Part shown: one piece after another, positions 12,101 through 21,600 of the stretch
Position numbering within the stretch: the stretch's first letter is position 1
Layout of the letters: each line of letters opens with the position of its first letter
Source: Gemmatimonadales bacterium
GTDB lineage: Bacteria; Gemmatimonadota; Gemmatimonadetes; Gemmatimonadales; GWC2-71-9
Assembly (NCBI GenBank): GCA_041577295.1
Contig: JBFGJG010000007.1
Span: forward strand, 54,923 to 118,922
DNA: 64,000 nt
Direction of reading: 5' to 3'
Made by a program: the position numbers and the translations under genes
Notes under the pieces: model-generated
Told to the model about the DNA's origin: nothing
Seen by the model: only the letters and a program-made list of their open reading frames with translations
Databases searched by the model: none

Positions 12101-12788
12101 GGGTACCGGGGTTGGTGAGCGTGATGGTGCCGCCCTGATAGGCGTCCGGCATCAACTTTCCATCTCGCGCGCCGGCAACGAGCCGCTCGTACTCCTCGTA
12201 AAACTCCGAGAAGGTTTTCGCATCCACGTTCTTGATCACAGGAACGAGGAGCCGCCGCTTCCCGTCTTTGCCTTCCGCATCGACAGCCAGGCCAAGGTTG
12301 ATCGCTCCCGGATCAAATCGGTAACGGTCACCGTTGTCCTCCACGACCGCATGCAGCATCGCGGGAAGTTCCTTGCCGGCGAGTACAATCGCCCAGCCCA
12401 CGAAATGGGTGAACGACAGTTTTTGTCCGCGTGTTTTCAGTTGGCGATTGAAAGCGGCCCGGACCGCCCAGAGTTTGGAAACGTCGATGTCACGATACGA
12501 TGTTGCGGTCGGGACTCCGAGGCTCGCCTCCATGTTTTGGAGCAGACGCAGCGCGGGACCCTTGATGGGTTCTTGAATTCCTGCGCTCGCGGGAGGAGCA
12601 GCAGAGGCAGGAGGAACACGAGTGGCAGGAGAGGGAGTCTCCTCCTCCCGCGCCGGATCCTCACCCTGGAGGCCGTTCTCAAAAAGCTCGCGCCATTCGG
12701 GAGGCACGGAGTCAGGATCGCGCAAAAAGTCCTCGTACATCGCCTGCGCGAAGCCCGAGTTGACGGTCTCGAAGATATTATCGAACAC
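9183..12788 (-). CDS. sucA: Multifunctional 2-oxoglutarate dehydrogenase (Kgd/OdhA-type E2 acyltransferase-E1 fusion)
   Basis: N-terminal acyltransferase domain (TITLTNPG, TYDHRIIQGAESG); E1 motifs GMAHRGRLN, GDVKYH, HGDAAF, WEAQFGDF and LPHGYEGQGPEHSSAR. Confidence 0.95.
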   Translation of the reverse strand: MFDNIFETVNSGFAQAMYEDFLRDPDSVPPEWRELFENGLQGEDPAREEETPSPATRVPPASAAPPASAGIQEPIKGPALRLLQNMEASLGVPTATSYRDIDVSKLWAVRAAFNRQLKTRGQKLSFTHFVGWAIVLAGKELPAMLHAVVEDNGDRYRFDPGAINLGLAVDAEGKDGKRRLLVPVIKNVDAKTFSEFYEEYERLVAGARDGKLMPDAYQGGTITLTNPGTLGTTASVPRLMKGQGSIIATGTIRDVAGTRIMTVSSTYDHRIIQGAESGTFLRRIDESLQGGDGFYRNIADALEIDGAAADTAIAAATAATAPAPAAATAAERAVATDAMLYHVAAAMSLVKAYRTHGYLAARLDPLGTEPNGDPALDPEPLGLTPDLMAQIPADVLRTYVDATTLADAYPKLRDTYCGTIAYEIEHIANHVERLWLRRVIESGEHRVRLTADERRRLLSDITRVETLETFLHKNYLGHKRFGIEGLDMLVPMLHRALDRAAEQGTRKAVMGMAHRGRLNVLTHVLGVPYEKLLAEFEGGLEVEETLTPRGGTGDVKYHHGASGTFRAADGHEIEVALMPNPSHLEAVNPVVEGQCRAEQTDRAGKETRHDPAKVLPILIHGDAAFAAQGVVAETINLARLPGYGTGGTLHIIANNQIGFTTSTNEARSTDFASDLAKGFDVPIVLVNADDPEACLAAIQLAMMYREKFHGDVVINLVGYRRHGHNEGDEPRYTQPQMYKHIDGHPTVRSIYAKVLVDQGILSDDDVHAEVDKVYTALTETQDRLKKGLEEADEGAEPVRISGLWTAIKEPDTAVAEDLLRELNEELLAVPSGFVVNRKLSRLHERRRDALGNGGGIDWAHAEALAMASLLTEGVPLRLIGQDTVRGTFSQRHLTLFDADSGEAYTPIQHLSKATAPMELHNSPLSEYAALGFEYGYSVAAPEAFVVWEAQFGDFANGAEVIIDQFIVAGLSKWGQTSRLTLLLPHGYEGQGPEHSSARVERFLALAAEGNIRVANCSTPAQYYHLLRLQAKHQELRPLVIMTPKSLLRLPQATSNLSQLTTGTFEYVLDDPSPAGARDEVTRLVLCSGKIYYDVITSEERARAKHVAIGRVEILYPFPQALVGELISSYPNLREVVWLQEEPRNFGPRKFVLPLIAEMAPDKSLRSISRPERSSPAEGYPAAHRGEQARLVREALETVSGE

Positions 12789-12869
12789 GGTGTGCGACCT
12801 CGAGAGAGCTAAGAGTCGAGCACTTCGGAAGATAACGGATTGGGTCGGACGTGACAGAGGCCAGGGCGG

Positions 12870-13343
12870 CTACTGCGTGTCCTTCGATGGCCCGTAGGTA
12901 GCGGGCAACGAGAGCCCGGCTTGTCGCATCAGCACCGTCATCTGTCCGCGGTGATGGATCTCGTGGCTCACGAGCGCTAACAGAGTTTGGGATCGAAACC
13001 ATTTGACCCCGTACACATCATCGGCGATTCGGAGCGTCGCGTTTGTCCATTGCGTTTCGATGGCACGACCCACACCCGCAGCGCTCGCGACGTACTTTGC
13101 GCAGATTTCGGCAGCGTTTCGTGGTGTGGGGAGGTCCTTGGTAGCCGCCTCAAAAGTGAGACCGGTTTTATCCAAGATACTCCGGTGAGAGACCACGATG
13201 TGCCACGCGAGGTCACCCAGTGATCGGTGGCCGCTGGCGATCAACCGTGGCAGGGATTCATCCGTCAGACATTCCATGAGGCGGGCGGTGCGGGTGGACT
13301 CCAACTGCCAGAGCCTCAGGAAATCGTCGAGCGTCGAAAACAT
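12870..13343 (-). CDS. DinB/YfiT family protein
   Basis: 'RSLGDLAWHI' and the C-terminal HEIHHRGQ metal-binding motif. Confidence 0.88.
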   Translation of the reverse strand: MFSTLDDFLRLWQLESTRTARLMECLTDESLPRLIASGHRSLGDLAWHIVVSHRSILDKTGLTFEAATKDLPTPRNAAEICAKYVASAAGVGRAIETQWTNATLRIADDVYGVKWFRSQTLLALVSHEIHHRGQMTVLMRQAGLSLPATYGPSKDTQ

Positions 13344-14137
13344 TATCTCACCCTTATTGAGCCACCTGACACAAACGCGGCGAGGCGGGTCGAAAACTCT
13401 TCAGACCGCAACGCGACCAGCTGGGCGTTTCCCTCGTGTTCGAGGTGCTGATCGATTGCGATCCTCTCGGCGCCTCGAACGAGCTCCTTGATCGTTGCCA
13501 CCGACGACCGAGCGTTTCCCGCGATTCGGGTCACCAGCGCCGTCACCGCCGAGTCGATGTCTGCGTTGGAGACCGTCATGGCGGCCAGGCCGAGCGCGAC
13601 GGCCCGGCTGGCAGGGATCGTTTCGCCGGCCACGAGGATTGCGAGCGCGTGCTCGAGCCCTGTCAGCCGCGGCAAAGTGTACGTGGAGCCGCCGTCGGGG
13701 ACCAGTCCCATGCGCGCGAAGGCGGACGCGAATGAGGCGGACTCCGCGGCCACCCGCAGGTCGCACGCCAATGCGAGATCGAGGCCAAAACCCGCCACGC
13801 TTCCTTCGAGCACGGCGATGACCGGAACCGGGCAGCGAACGACTGCCCGGATGGTGCCCTGGAAACGCGCCAGCCCGTCCTCCAACAAGGCGGTCGGCGG
13901 TGTGGCACCGAGCGAGCGAAACCACTTGAGATCGAGGCCCACACAGAAATGGCCGCCAGCACCCCGGAGCGTAACGGCCCGGACCTGCGTATCGCGTCCT
14001 GCGCTCTCGATGGCCTCCGTGAGATCGCGGCAGAGATCCGGTGTGAGCGCGTTTCGCCGGTCAGCCCGGTTGAGCATGATGTGCCGGGCCGCTCCCACCG
14101 TGGAAACAACGAGTGACTCGTGGGCTGCCTGGGTCAC
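13343..14137 (-). CDS. Enoyl-CoA hydratase/isomerase (PaaG-like)
   Basis: LNRADRRNAL, FCVGLDL, GFGLDLALACD and FARMGLVPDGG (Asp-type rather than two-Glu active site). Confidence 0.88.
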   Translation of the reverse strand: MTQAAHESLVVSTVGAARHIMLNRADRRNALTPDLCRDLTEAIESAGRDTQVRAVTLRGAGGHFCVGLDLKWFRSLGATPPTALLEDGLARFQGTIRAVVRCPVPVIAVLEGSVAGFGLDLALACDLRVAAESASFASAFARMGLVPDGGSTYTLPRLTGLEHALAILVAGETIPASRAVALGLAAMTVSNADIDSAVTALVTRIAGNARSSVATIKELVRGAERIAIDQHLEHEGNAQLVALRSEEFSTRLAAFVSGGSIRVR

Positions 14138-14384
14138 CGTGATGCTGTCGGTCCGCCGCCGTACAGTAGTGGTGTCATGTCGAGTGGAAGATAGGAGGGT
14201 GTTCCAGCCCGGGCGAGTGACGGCCGGACCGAAGGCGAACGCGGTAGAGGCTTCCGTGGACGACGCCGGATGATTATCACCTGGTCAGTACGTTCGGTCT
14301 GTTGCGTCAGCATAGTACCCGAACAAGGTGAGCTTGGCTGGTCTTGGTCGACTCCAAGCTCGCGGTGAGATCATGAAGGGACGG

Positions 14385-15542
14385 ATGACAATGACCGTTT
14401 CCCGGCTGCAGGACATCCCCGGGTTTTCAATCGATCGCGTCGCCGCAGCTGCTGATCGCGATCCCGACGTGCTCAGGTTGGAGAATCTCGATACCGATCT
14501 TGCACCACCCCAGGAAGCCGTCGACGCGACACGCCAAGCGGTGGGGCGCGATGATGACAACAGTTATCTCCCGTTCACGGGCCAACGGACGCTACGGGAG
14601 GTCGTCGCTGCGCACGTCAATCGCGTTGTTGGCAGAGCAGGGTACGCGCCGGAACAGGTCGTCATAACCTGCGGTGGAACCGAGGGGATGCTCGATGCAC
14701 TGCTCGCGGTGACGGATCCTGGTGACGAGGTGGTGCTCACGGACCCAACCTACGCCGGGATGATTTATCGCGTGCGTCTGGTGGGTGCCGTTCCCGTTCT
14801 GATTCCGTTCGTGATCCAGGATCGTGGTTGGCGCCTCGATCTCGATCGGTTGCGCTCATCCGTCACGGATCGGACGAAGGCACTGTTTCTGATGAATCCG
14901 TCCATTCCGTCCGGGGCCGTTCTCGATGCCCGTGAGTGGGATGCGGTGGCAGAGGTGTGTCGAGAGCGTGACCTGTGGTTGATCTACAACGCGGCGATGG
15001 AGCGGATTCTGTTTGACAGGCGGCGCCTCATCCACCCTGCCTCCCTGGATGGGATGGCGGAACGAACGTTGATCGTGGGATCGGTCTCAAAGGAGTTTCG
15101 GATGATCGGGTGGCGTATAGGATGGGTTGTTGGGCCGGAGCACGTGATGACCGACGTGGCGCGGGTGCACATCTATAACGTGGTCACGCCCCCCGGAATC
15201 GCGCAGGCGGGTGCCGCCACGGCGTTGCGCACATCGGCGGAAGATTTTCGGGCGTGCCTCGCAGAGTGGGAAGGCCGGCGCGATGTGCTCTGCGCGCAGC
15301 TAGAAGAGTATGTCACGATTCCCGCTGCAGGGGGATGGTCGCAACTGCTCGATGTGGCGGTGCTCGGACTCAATTCCTTCGAGGCATCTCGTCGTTTGCT
15401 CGAGAAGGGGCGCGTCGCGGCCACGCCTATGCGCTATTGGGGAGATCGGAACGGGGATGGTTACGTTCGCCTGGTGTTCAGCAACGAATCGCTTGTGAGA
15501 CTGGCAGAGGTACGAGAGCGGGTGGATCGCGCATTAGCATGA
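14385..15542 (+). CDS. PLP-dependent aminotransferase class I/II
   Basis: NPSIPSG and SVSKEFRMIGWRIG (PLP lysine). Start is ambiguous (14373, 14385 or 14391). Confidence 0.9.
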   Translation: MTMTVSRLQDIPGFSIDRVAAAADRDPDVLRLENLDTDLAPPQEAVDATRQAVGRDDDNSYLPFTGQRTLREVVAAHVNRVVGRAGYAPEQVVITCGGTEGMLDALLAVTDPGDEVVLTDPTYAGMIYRVRLVGAVPVLIPFVIQDRGWRLDLDRLRSSVTDRTKALFLMNPSIPSGAVLDAREWDAVAEVCRERDLWLIYNAAMERILFDRRRLIHPASLDGMAERTLIVGSVSKEFRMIGWRIGWVVGPEHVMTDVARVHIYNVVTPPGIAQAGAATALRTSAEDFRACLAEWEGRRDVLCAQLEEYVTIPAAGGWSQLLDVAVLGLNSFEASRRLLEKGRVAATPMRYWGDRNGDGYVRLVFSNESLVRLAEVRERVDRALA

Positions 15543-15549
15543 ACGGATT

Positions 15550-15578
15550 TTGACAGCAAGAAAACGTGTTGCTAAGTT
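15550..15578 (+). promoter_or_regulatory. Sigma-70 promoter of the csp gene
   Basis: TTGACA (15550-55), 17-nt spacer, TAAGTT (15573-78), with an extended -10 TG. Confidence 0.7.
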
Positions 15579-15680
15579 TGCCGCCCAACGCGGGAGCCAA
15601 GACCCGCGATCGGAGTGAGTCGGTAGGTACGGCAGGGCCGTGCGCCGACTCGTGCACCAACACGAATGGGGGAGTACGGC

Positions 15681-15893
15681 ATGCGTACCACCGGAAAGGT
15701 GAAGTGGTTCAACGACGCGAAGGGGTTCGGTTTCATCACGCCGGACGAGGGTGAGAAGGATTGCTTTGTGCATTACACCGCAATCGAGGGCTCTGGTTTC
15801 CGCTCCTTGAGGGAGGGTGAGCGGGTCGAGTTTGAGATCGTGCAAAATGATCGCGGACCCGCCGCGCAGAACGTGACCCGGATCGCCGACTAG
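15681..15893 (+). CDS. cspA: Cold-shock protein (CSD)
   Basis: [15 protein letters not shown] and DCFVHY (RNP1/RNP2); GGGGAG RBS. Confidence 0.95.
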   Translation: MRTTGKVKWFNDAKGFGFITPDEGEKDCFVHYTAIEGSGFRSLREGERVEFEIVQNDRGPAAQNVTRIAD

Positions 15894-15921
15894 CGCGCTA
15901 CGACAACCAAACGGTCACTCG

Positions 15922-15952
15922 GGGCTGCCTCTCAGAGGCGGCCCTTTCTTTT
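15922..15952 (+). terminator. Intrinsic terminator of csp
   Basis: GGGCTGCCTC-tca-GAGGCGGCCC followed by TTTCTTTT. Confidence 0.85.
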
Positions 15953-16040
15953 CAAGGGCGGAATGAATGACGAAAAGACGAAGCGATCGACTGATAGAAA
16001 GGTGGAAGGACGGAAACGCGCGAGGACTGCGAGGAGAGGA

Positions 16041-16418
16041 TTAAAATTCGATTACGCGGAAGTGGAGCCGATAGATGCGTGATGCGTCGTACAGGTGGGG
16101 TTGGAGGTACTTCAAGGCCTTGTAGTGGTCCATGCTCTCGAGCGCGTTGTCCACCGAGAAAGACACACGAGAGAGCGACACGGGAACCTGAAACAGATCC
16201 GCCAAGGCGCTGGTGAGCGCGGCGGCCTCGCCCGCTCGTTCCACTAGGTTGTCTTCCTCGAGCCAATGGGCACCCGCGGTCTCGACGCTCAGCAGGCGTG
16301 AAACACTAGCGCTCAGCGTCCTCGAGCTGCCGTTTTGTGCTTGGAGCACGGCGGGGAAGGCCAGCACCAACGCGATAATGGTGACGGCCAATCGCCGCGG
16401 GAATGTTGGCTTGAGCAC
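16041..16418 (-). CDS. Hypothetical secreted protein
   Basis: GGAGG RBS before GTG 16418; signal peptide (RRLAVTIIALVLAFPAVLQA). No family recognised. Confidence 0.5.
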   Translation of the reverse strand: MLKPTFPRRLAVTIIALVLAFPAVLQAQNGSSRTLSASVSRLLSVETAGAHWLEEDNLVERAGEAAALTSALADLFQVPVSLSRVSFSVDNALESMDHYKALKYLQPHLYDASRIYRLHFRVIEF

Positions 16419-16614
16419 GATCCTAAGTAACCTCCATAACCTGGTGCCACAACATGAACCCACGCGCACCCGAGCTGCCGTGACTGGTGTCACCGGGGGC
16501 TTGGGTCGGCGTCACAACTCTCTTGGGCAAGTGACGTGCCTCGTTGTAAGACATTATGAGCGTTACGGTTAGGCGATATACCCGTCCGGGTGTTTGGCCC
16601 CGGATTGCAACGAT

Positions 16615-17394
16615 ATGAAGCACTCTGCGTCGAAACGAGATCCGTCCACGAAGGTGGCGGACACGGGTCATGTCGGCGTCAATCGCGCCCTGGCGGACCC
16701 ACAGGTGAAGCAGGAGTATGTGACAGCGCTGTTCGATCTGGTTGCACCGCGCTACGACCGGTTTACCCGATGGTTTTCCTACGGTATGGATGCCGGTTGG
16801 AAACGCGAGCTGTGCTACCTGATCGGGAGGCGTTTCGAGCGTGCCGTGACGCTCGACCTCGCGTGCGGTACCGGGGACCTGTTGACGCTGGCATCAAGTG
16901 CTGCGCGAACGACGATCGGTGTGGATCCCTCATCCGCGATGTTGCTGGAAGCCCGGGCTCGAAATGGGTCGAACACTCCCGGTGTCTGCTTGTGTCGCGG
17001 CACCATGATGCGGATCCCCGTGCGTGATACATCGATCGACGTCGTCACCGTGGGCTACGGTTTGCGCAACACTCCGGCATATGCGACTGGCCTCCGAGAG
17101 ATTCACCGCGTGCTGAAACCCGGTGGCCATGTGGCGACGCTCGACTTCTACCGGCCGACAACCCCTCTGTGGAATCAGATTTTTCTTGCCTACCTCTCGC
17201 TGTCAGGCAAGCTGTACGGGTTGCTCTGGCACGGAGAGCCGGCTGCCTACGGGTACATCGCTACTTCGATCCGGCAGTACATGAGCGCCGAAGAGTTCGC
17301 GAGGGCCTTGAACGACACAGGGTTCGTCGTTGAAGCGGTGAGAACCAAGCTTGGCGGTGGGATTGGGATTCACATTGCGCGGAAGGTGGGATAG
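16615..17394 (+). CDS. UbiE/COQ5-family SAM-dependent methyltransferase
   Basis: 'LFDLVAPRYD', LDLACGTGD, GYGLRN and EIHRVLKPGG. Confidence 0.88.
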   Translation: MKHSASKRDPSTKVADTGHVGVNRALADPQVKQEYVTALFDLVAPRYDRFTRWFSYGMDAGWKRELCYLIGRRFERAVTLDLACGTGDLLTLASSAARTTIGVDPSSAMLLEARARNGSNTPGVCLCRGTMMRIPVRDTSIDVVTVGYGLRNTPAYATGLREIHRVLKPGGHVATLDFYRPTTPLWNQIFLAYLSLSGKLYGLLWHGEPAAYGYIATSIRQYMSAEEFARALNDTGFVVEAVRTKLGGGIGIHIARKVG

Positions 17395-17400
17395 GCGGAT

Positions 17401-18624
17401 CTACCAGGTAATGTCGACCCAGACCAGGCGGTGGTCCGAGGCTGGGAAGGGGAAGGTCCCTACAAGAGAAAACAGGGGGTCGTCCTGGACCGGCCAAAAA
17501 ACTCCCGCCTCGAGAATCTCGAGGTCGCTGGCGGGGAGCACGTAGTCGAGCCTCAAGTTCCCCGGTCCTCTCTCGCCGTCGGCGAAGTCACCGGTATCGA
17601 ACGCGGGATCACCTTGGTGACTGTCGTTGATGCCACCCTGCAAACTCGATTGTTGACGTGCGCCGTCGCTCGCGGGCGTCACCGTTGTGTTGACGAAGCG
17701 GCTCTCGAGTAGCAATGAAATCGGACGGTTGGTGCTGTCTCCGTCGTGGGGATCGGCGTTCAGGTCTCCGACGATCACGAACGAGGCTCCCGCCGCGATT
17801 CCCCCAATTGCTCCGGCATCATCGTAGACATAGGAAGCGGCATCCCGTGACACGTAATCTGCCCAAAAACGGATCTCGTCGTGGTTGCGTCGGCCGTTGC
17901 GGTCTTCCGGGCCGTCGAACACTGGTGGTGTGGGGTGACTCGCGAGGAGGTGAACGACATTCTCACCCACGGTCACCGGCACATCCCAATGGCTCTTGGA
18001 CGACAGCCGAACCGCTTCGAGTTCATCCGGCGCAAACCAGGAACTTCCCGTGCGCGGGTCCAACGGAATCAACGCATTTGGCATGTCTCGCCAACGAAAG
18101 TTCCGAAAGGTACGCACTGCTTCGCTGTCGATGGGGAAACGAGAGAGGATGACCATCCCGTATTGACCGGGAAACAGGCCAAAGCCAAATGCGTCGTTCC
18201 CGTACGCCCTGCCTTCGGCACCCACCGAGCCATCATTATCGAGATCAAAGCCTGACGCGACCCCGGTATTCACCGGTGCCGCAAACCGATAGTCGTACAC
18301 GATCGGCATCGCTGCTTGCGCACTGCCCGAGACATTCTGACCGATCGCGAGGTAGTTGGTCTGGAAGTGATCGACGGCTTGGCCGGTGGCATCGTAATCG
18401 AACTCGTTGAGCAACACGATATCTGGACGAACGCGCTGGATGATCTCCGCCACTACCATTGCGTGCGAGTCGGTTGGGCCACTGAGATCGTGCGTCAAAG
18501 CGCCGAGCGAGCCCCGATAGAGAGATGTGTTGAACGTGGCAATCCGCAACCGCTCGGGGGGTGTCTTACATCCCGCAGCGGCGAGCGACAGGAGAACGAG
18601 CACTGCAAAAAATCGGATGAGCAT
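17401..18624 (-). CDS. Endonuclease/exonuclease/phosphatase (EEP) family lipoprotein
   Basis: Lipobox [34 protein letters not shown] and SDHRLVWVD. Start is the ATG at 18624. Confidence 0.88.
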   Translation of the reverse strand: MLIRFFAVLVLLSLAAAGCKTPPERLRIATFNTSLYRGSLGALTHDLSGPTDSHAMVVAEIIQRVRPDIVLLNEFDYDATGQAVDHFQTNYLAIGQNVSGSAQAAMPIVYDYRFAAPVNTGVASGFDLDNDGSVGAEGRAYGNDAFGFGLFPGQYGMVILSRFPIDSEAVRTFRNFRWRDMPNALIPLDPRTGSSWFAPDELEAVRLSSKSHWDVPVTVGENVVHLLASHPTPPVFDGPEDRNGRRNHDEIRFWADYVSRDAASYVYDDAGAIGGIAAGASFVIVGDLNADPHDGDSTNRPISLLLESRFVNTTVTPASDGARQQSSLQGGINDSHQGDPAFDTGDFADGERGPGNLRLDYVLPASDLEILEAGVFWPVQDDPLFSLVGTFPFPASDHRLVWVDITW

Positions 18625-18699
18625 GCTCCGATAATAGACGGTTCTCCGGTATCGGCAATTCGGGTCCCGTTCCGACGATCCGCGACGCATATTTCGGTC

Positions 18700-21600
18700 A
18701 TGCCGCTCACGGGGTTTCACCCAGCTGTTGCAGAATGGTTCACCAACCGTTTTGGCGAGCCCACGCCGCCGCAACGCCGCGGCTGGGAAGCCATTCGGTC
18801 GGGGCTCCACACGCTCATCGCGGCACCGACGGGTTCTGGCAAGACGCTCGCTGCCTTCCTCAGTGCGCTCAACGAGTTGCTGGTGGATGGATTGAGCGGC
18901 GAGCTCCGCGACGAGGTGCGTGTCGTTTACGTCTCGCCGCTCAAGGCTTTGAGCGTCGACATCCATCAAAATCTGGCTGAGCCTCGACGCGGAATTCGGG
19001 CGGTCGCAGAGCGGATGGGTTTGGATCCTATCAAGATTACGGCTGCGGTCCGAACGGGGGACACGCCTTCGGCTGAGCGAACCGCGATGCTACGAACGCC
19101 GCCCCATATCCTGGTCACGACTCCGGAGTCGCTGTACTTGCTGCTGACGGCCGAGCGAAGCAGGACGATGCTTCGTTCGGTGCGAACGGTGATCGTTGAC
19201 GAGATTCACGCGGTGCTCGAGTCAAGGCGCGGATCCCATCTCGCTCTGAGCCTCGAGCGGTTGGAGCACGTAACTGGCACACGGCTCACGCGAATCGGTT
19301 TGTCTGCAACGCAGCGCCCGATCGATCAAGTCGCACGGTTCCTCGTTGGTATGGGCAACCTAGACCCGTCTGGCCGGCCAAACTGTGCTGTGATCGATGA
19401 GGGACATCAGCGGAACCTCGATCTAGCGATCGAGGTGCCACAATCTCCGCTCGAGGCGGTGATGTCTGGCGAGGTGTGGACGGAGATTTACGACCGTTTA
19501 GCAAACCTGATCGAAGCGCATCGCACGACGCTTGTGTTCGTCAACACGCGACGTCTTGCAGAACGTGTGGCACGACACCTCAGTGAACGGGTCGGTGAGG
19601 ACGCGGTCACAGCCCACCACGGCAGTCTCTCTCGCGAGGTGCGCGTCGACGCTGAGTCCCGCCTCCGGGAAGGACGCCTCAAAGCGCTGGTGGCCACCGC
19701 AAGCCTCGAGCTTGGCATCGATATCGGAGCTGTGGATCTCGTGTGTCAGCTCGGTTCAACACGGCGGATCTCAACGTTCCTGCAGCGAGTGGGCCGCGCG
19801 GAGCACACCGTGGCCGGTACTCCCAAGGGCCGCCTGTTTCCGCTCTCTCGAGATGATTTGGTGGAGTGCGCAGCGCTCGTCAGGGCGGTCCGCGAAGGAG
19901 ATCTCGATCGGTTGGTGACGCTCGAGAAACCCCTCGACGTGCTCGCGCAGCAGATCGTGGCGGAGTCAGCCTGCGAGGACTGGCCCGAAGATGAGATGTT
20001 CGCGCTCGTGCGCCGTGCGCACCCCTATCGCGACCTCTCGCAGGTGGAGTTTGCGGAGGTCGTGCGCATGCTCGCCGAAGGGTTTGCCACCCGGCGGGGT
20101 CGGCGAGGCGCATTGGTGCACTACGACGGGGTCGGCCGGCGTGTCCGTGGGCGGCGCGGTGCACGTCTCGCTGCCATCACCTCGGGAGGCGCCATTCCGG
20201 ACACGGCGGATTACCGGGTGGTGCTCGAACCCGAAGGCACGTTCGTGGGGACGCTCAACGAGGACTTCGCCATCGAAAGCATGGCGGGCGACGTCTTTCA
20301 GTTGGGAAACACCTCGTGACGAATTCTGCGCGTCGAGTCGGGCACAGTGCGCGTGGAAGACGCACACGGTCAACCGCCATCCATCCCATTCTGGTTTGGA
20401 GAAGCGCCCGGCCGAAGCGTCGAACTCTCTCGAGCGGTGTCGAGGCTGCGCGCTGACGTCGACGCACGGGTGGAAGATCGGGAAGCCACCATCGAATGGG
20501 TCGCCGGCGAGTTGGGTTTATCGGAAATGGCAGCCTATCAGATCGTCGAGTACTTGGCGGAAACAAAGAGGTTGTTGGGTGTCGTACCCACCATGGATAA
20601 ACTGGTGGCCGAGCGTTTCTTCGACGAAGCGGGTGGGATGCAGCTCGTGTTGCATACGCCCTTTGGCAGTCGAATCAACCGAGCCTGGGGTCTGGCCCTT
20701 CGCAAGCGCTTTTGCCGACAGTTCAACTTCGAGTTGCAAGCGGCCGCTACCGAGGACGCACTGGTTCTCTCGCTAGGACCGCAACACTCGTTCCCGCTGG
20801 AAGACGTCTTTCGGTATCTCCACCCCAACACCACTGAAAACATCCTCGTGCAGGCATTGCTCGATGCGCCGATGTTCCAGACGCGGTGGCGTTGGGGATC
20901 GACCATTGCGCTTGCGATCCTCAGGAGGCGCGGTGGCCAGAAGACGCCACCACAGATCCAGCGGATGGAAGCGGAAGACCTGTTGGCAGCGGTTTTTCCC
21001 GATGCCGCAGCATGTCTCGAGAACATCGCTGGCGACCGTGAGATTCCGGATCATCCGTTAGTGCGGCAGACCATCCATGACTGCCTGCATGACGCGATGG
21101 ATCTCGAAGGCCTTCTGGAGATCCTCGCCCGGATCCATGCAGGCGGCATCGAGTTCGTCGGTCGCGACACGCCCGAGCCGTCGCCGTTATCTCACGAGAC
21201 TCTCAACGCTCGACCCTACGCGTTCTTGGACGATGCGCCGCTGGAGGAGCGCCGGACGCAAGCCGTGTACACGCGCCGTGCCTTCGAGCCGTCTTCGGCC
21301 GGGGACATGGGGGTGCTGGACGTGTCGGCCATTCAGCGCGTGCGCGATGAAGCGTGGCCAACCGCTGGGAACGCGGATGAGTTACATGATGCGCTCCTGA
21401 TGGCGGGCGTGTTGACTGAGGACGAGGTGAGACGGGTGGTGGCGGGAGAGGCAGCAAAGGCAGAAGAGGCAGAGGGTTCGGATTCAATCGCGGACCAACT
21501 CGTCAGGGCGAGACGGGTGGGACAGGTCTGGGTGGCTCCAGAACAAACGCTGTGGTTCGCGGTCGAGCGTATCGACGCGATCCGGGCGGTTTACCCGGAA

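Noticed and set aside
16466..16540. c-di-GMP-I riboswitch
   Set aside because: Superficially similar two-stem layout, but no GNRA tetraloop/receptor or GCAAA junction motifs.
20317..20360. Selenocysteine at the Lhr TGA
   Set aside because: The position aligns with Trp/Tyr, not Cys. The downstream stem lacks the 11-nt spacer and small G-containing loop seen in the two genuine SECIS elements.
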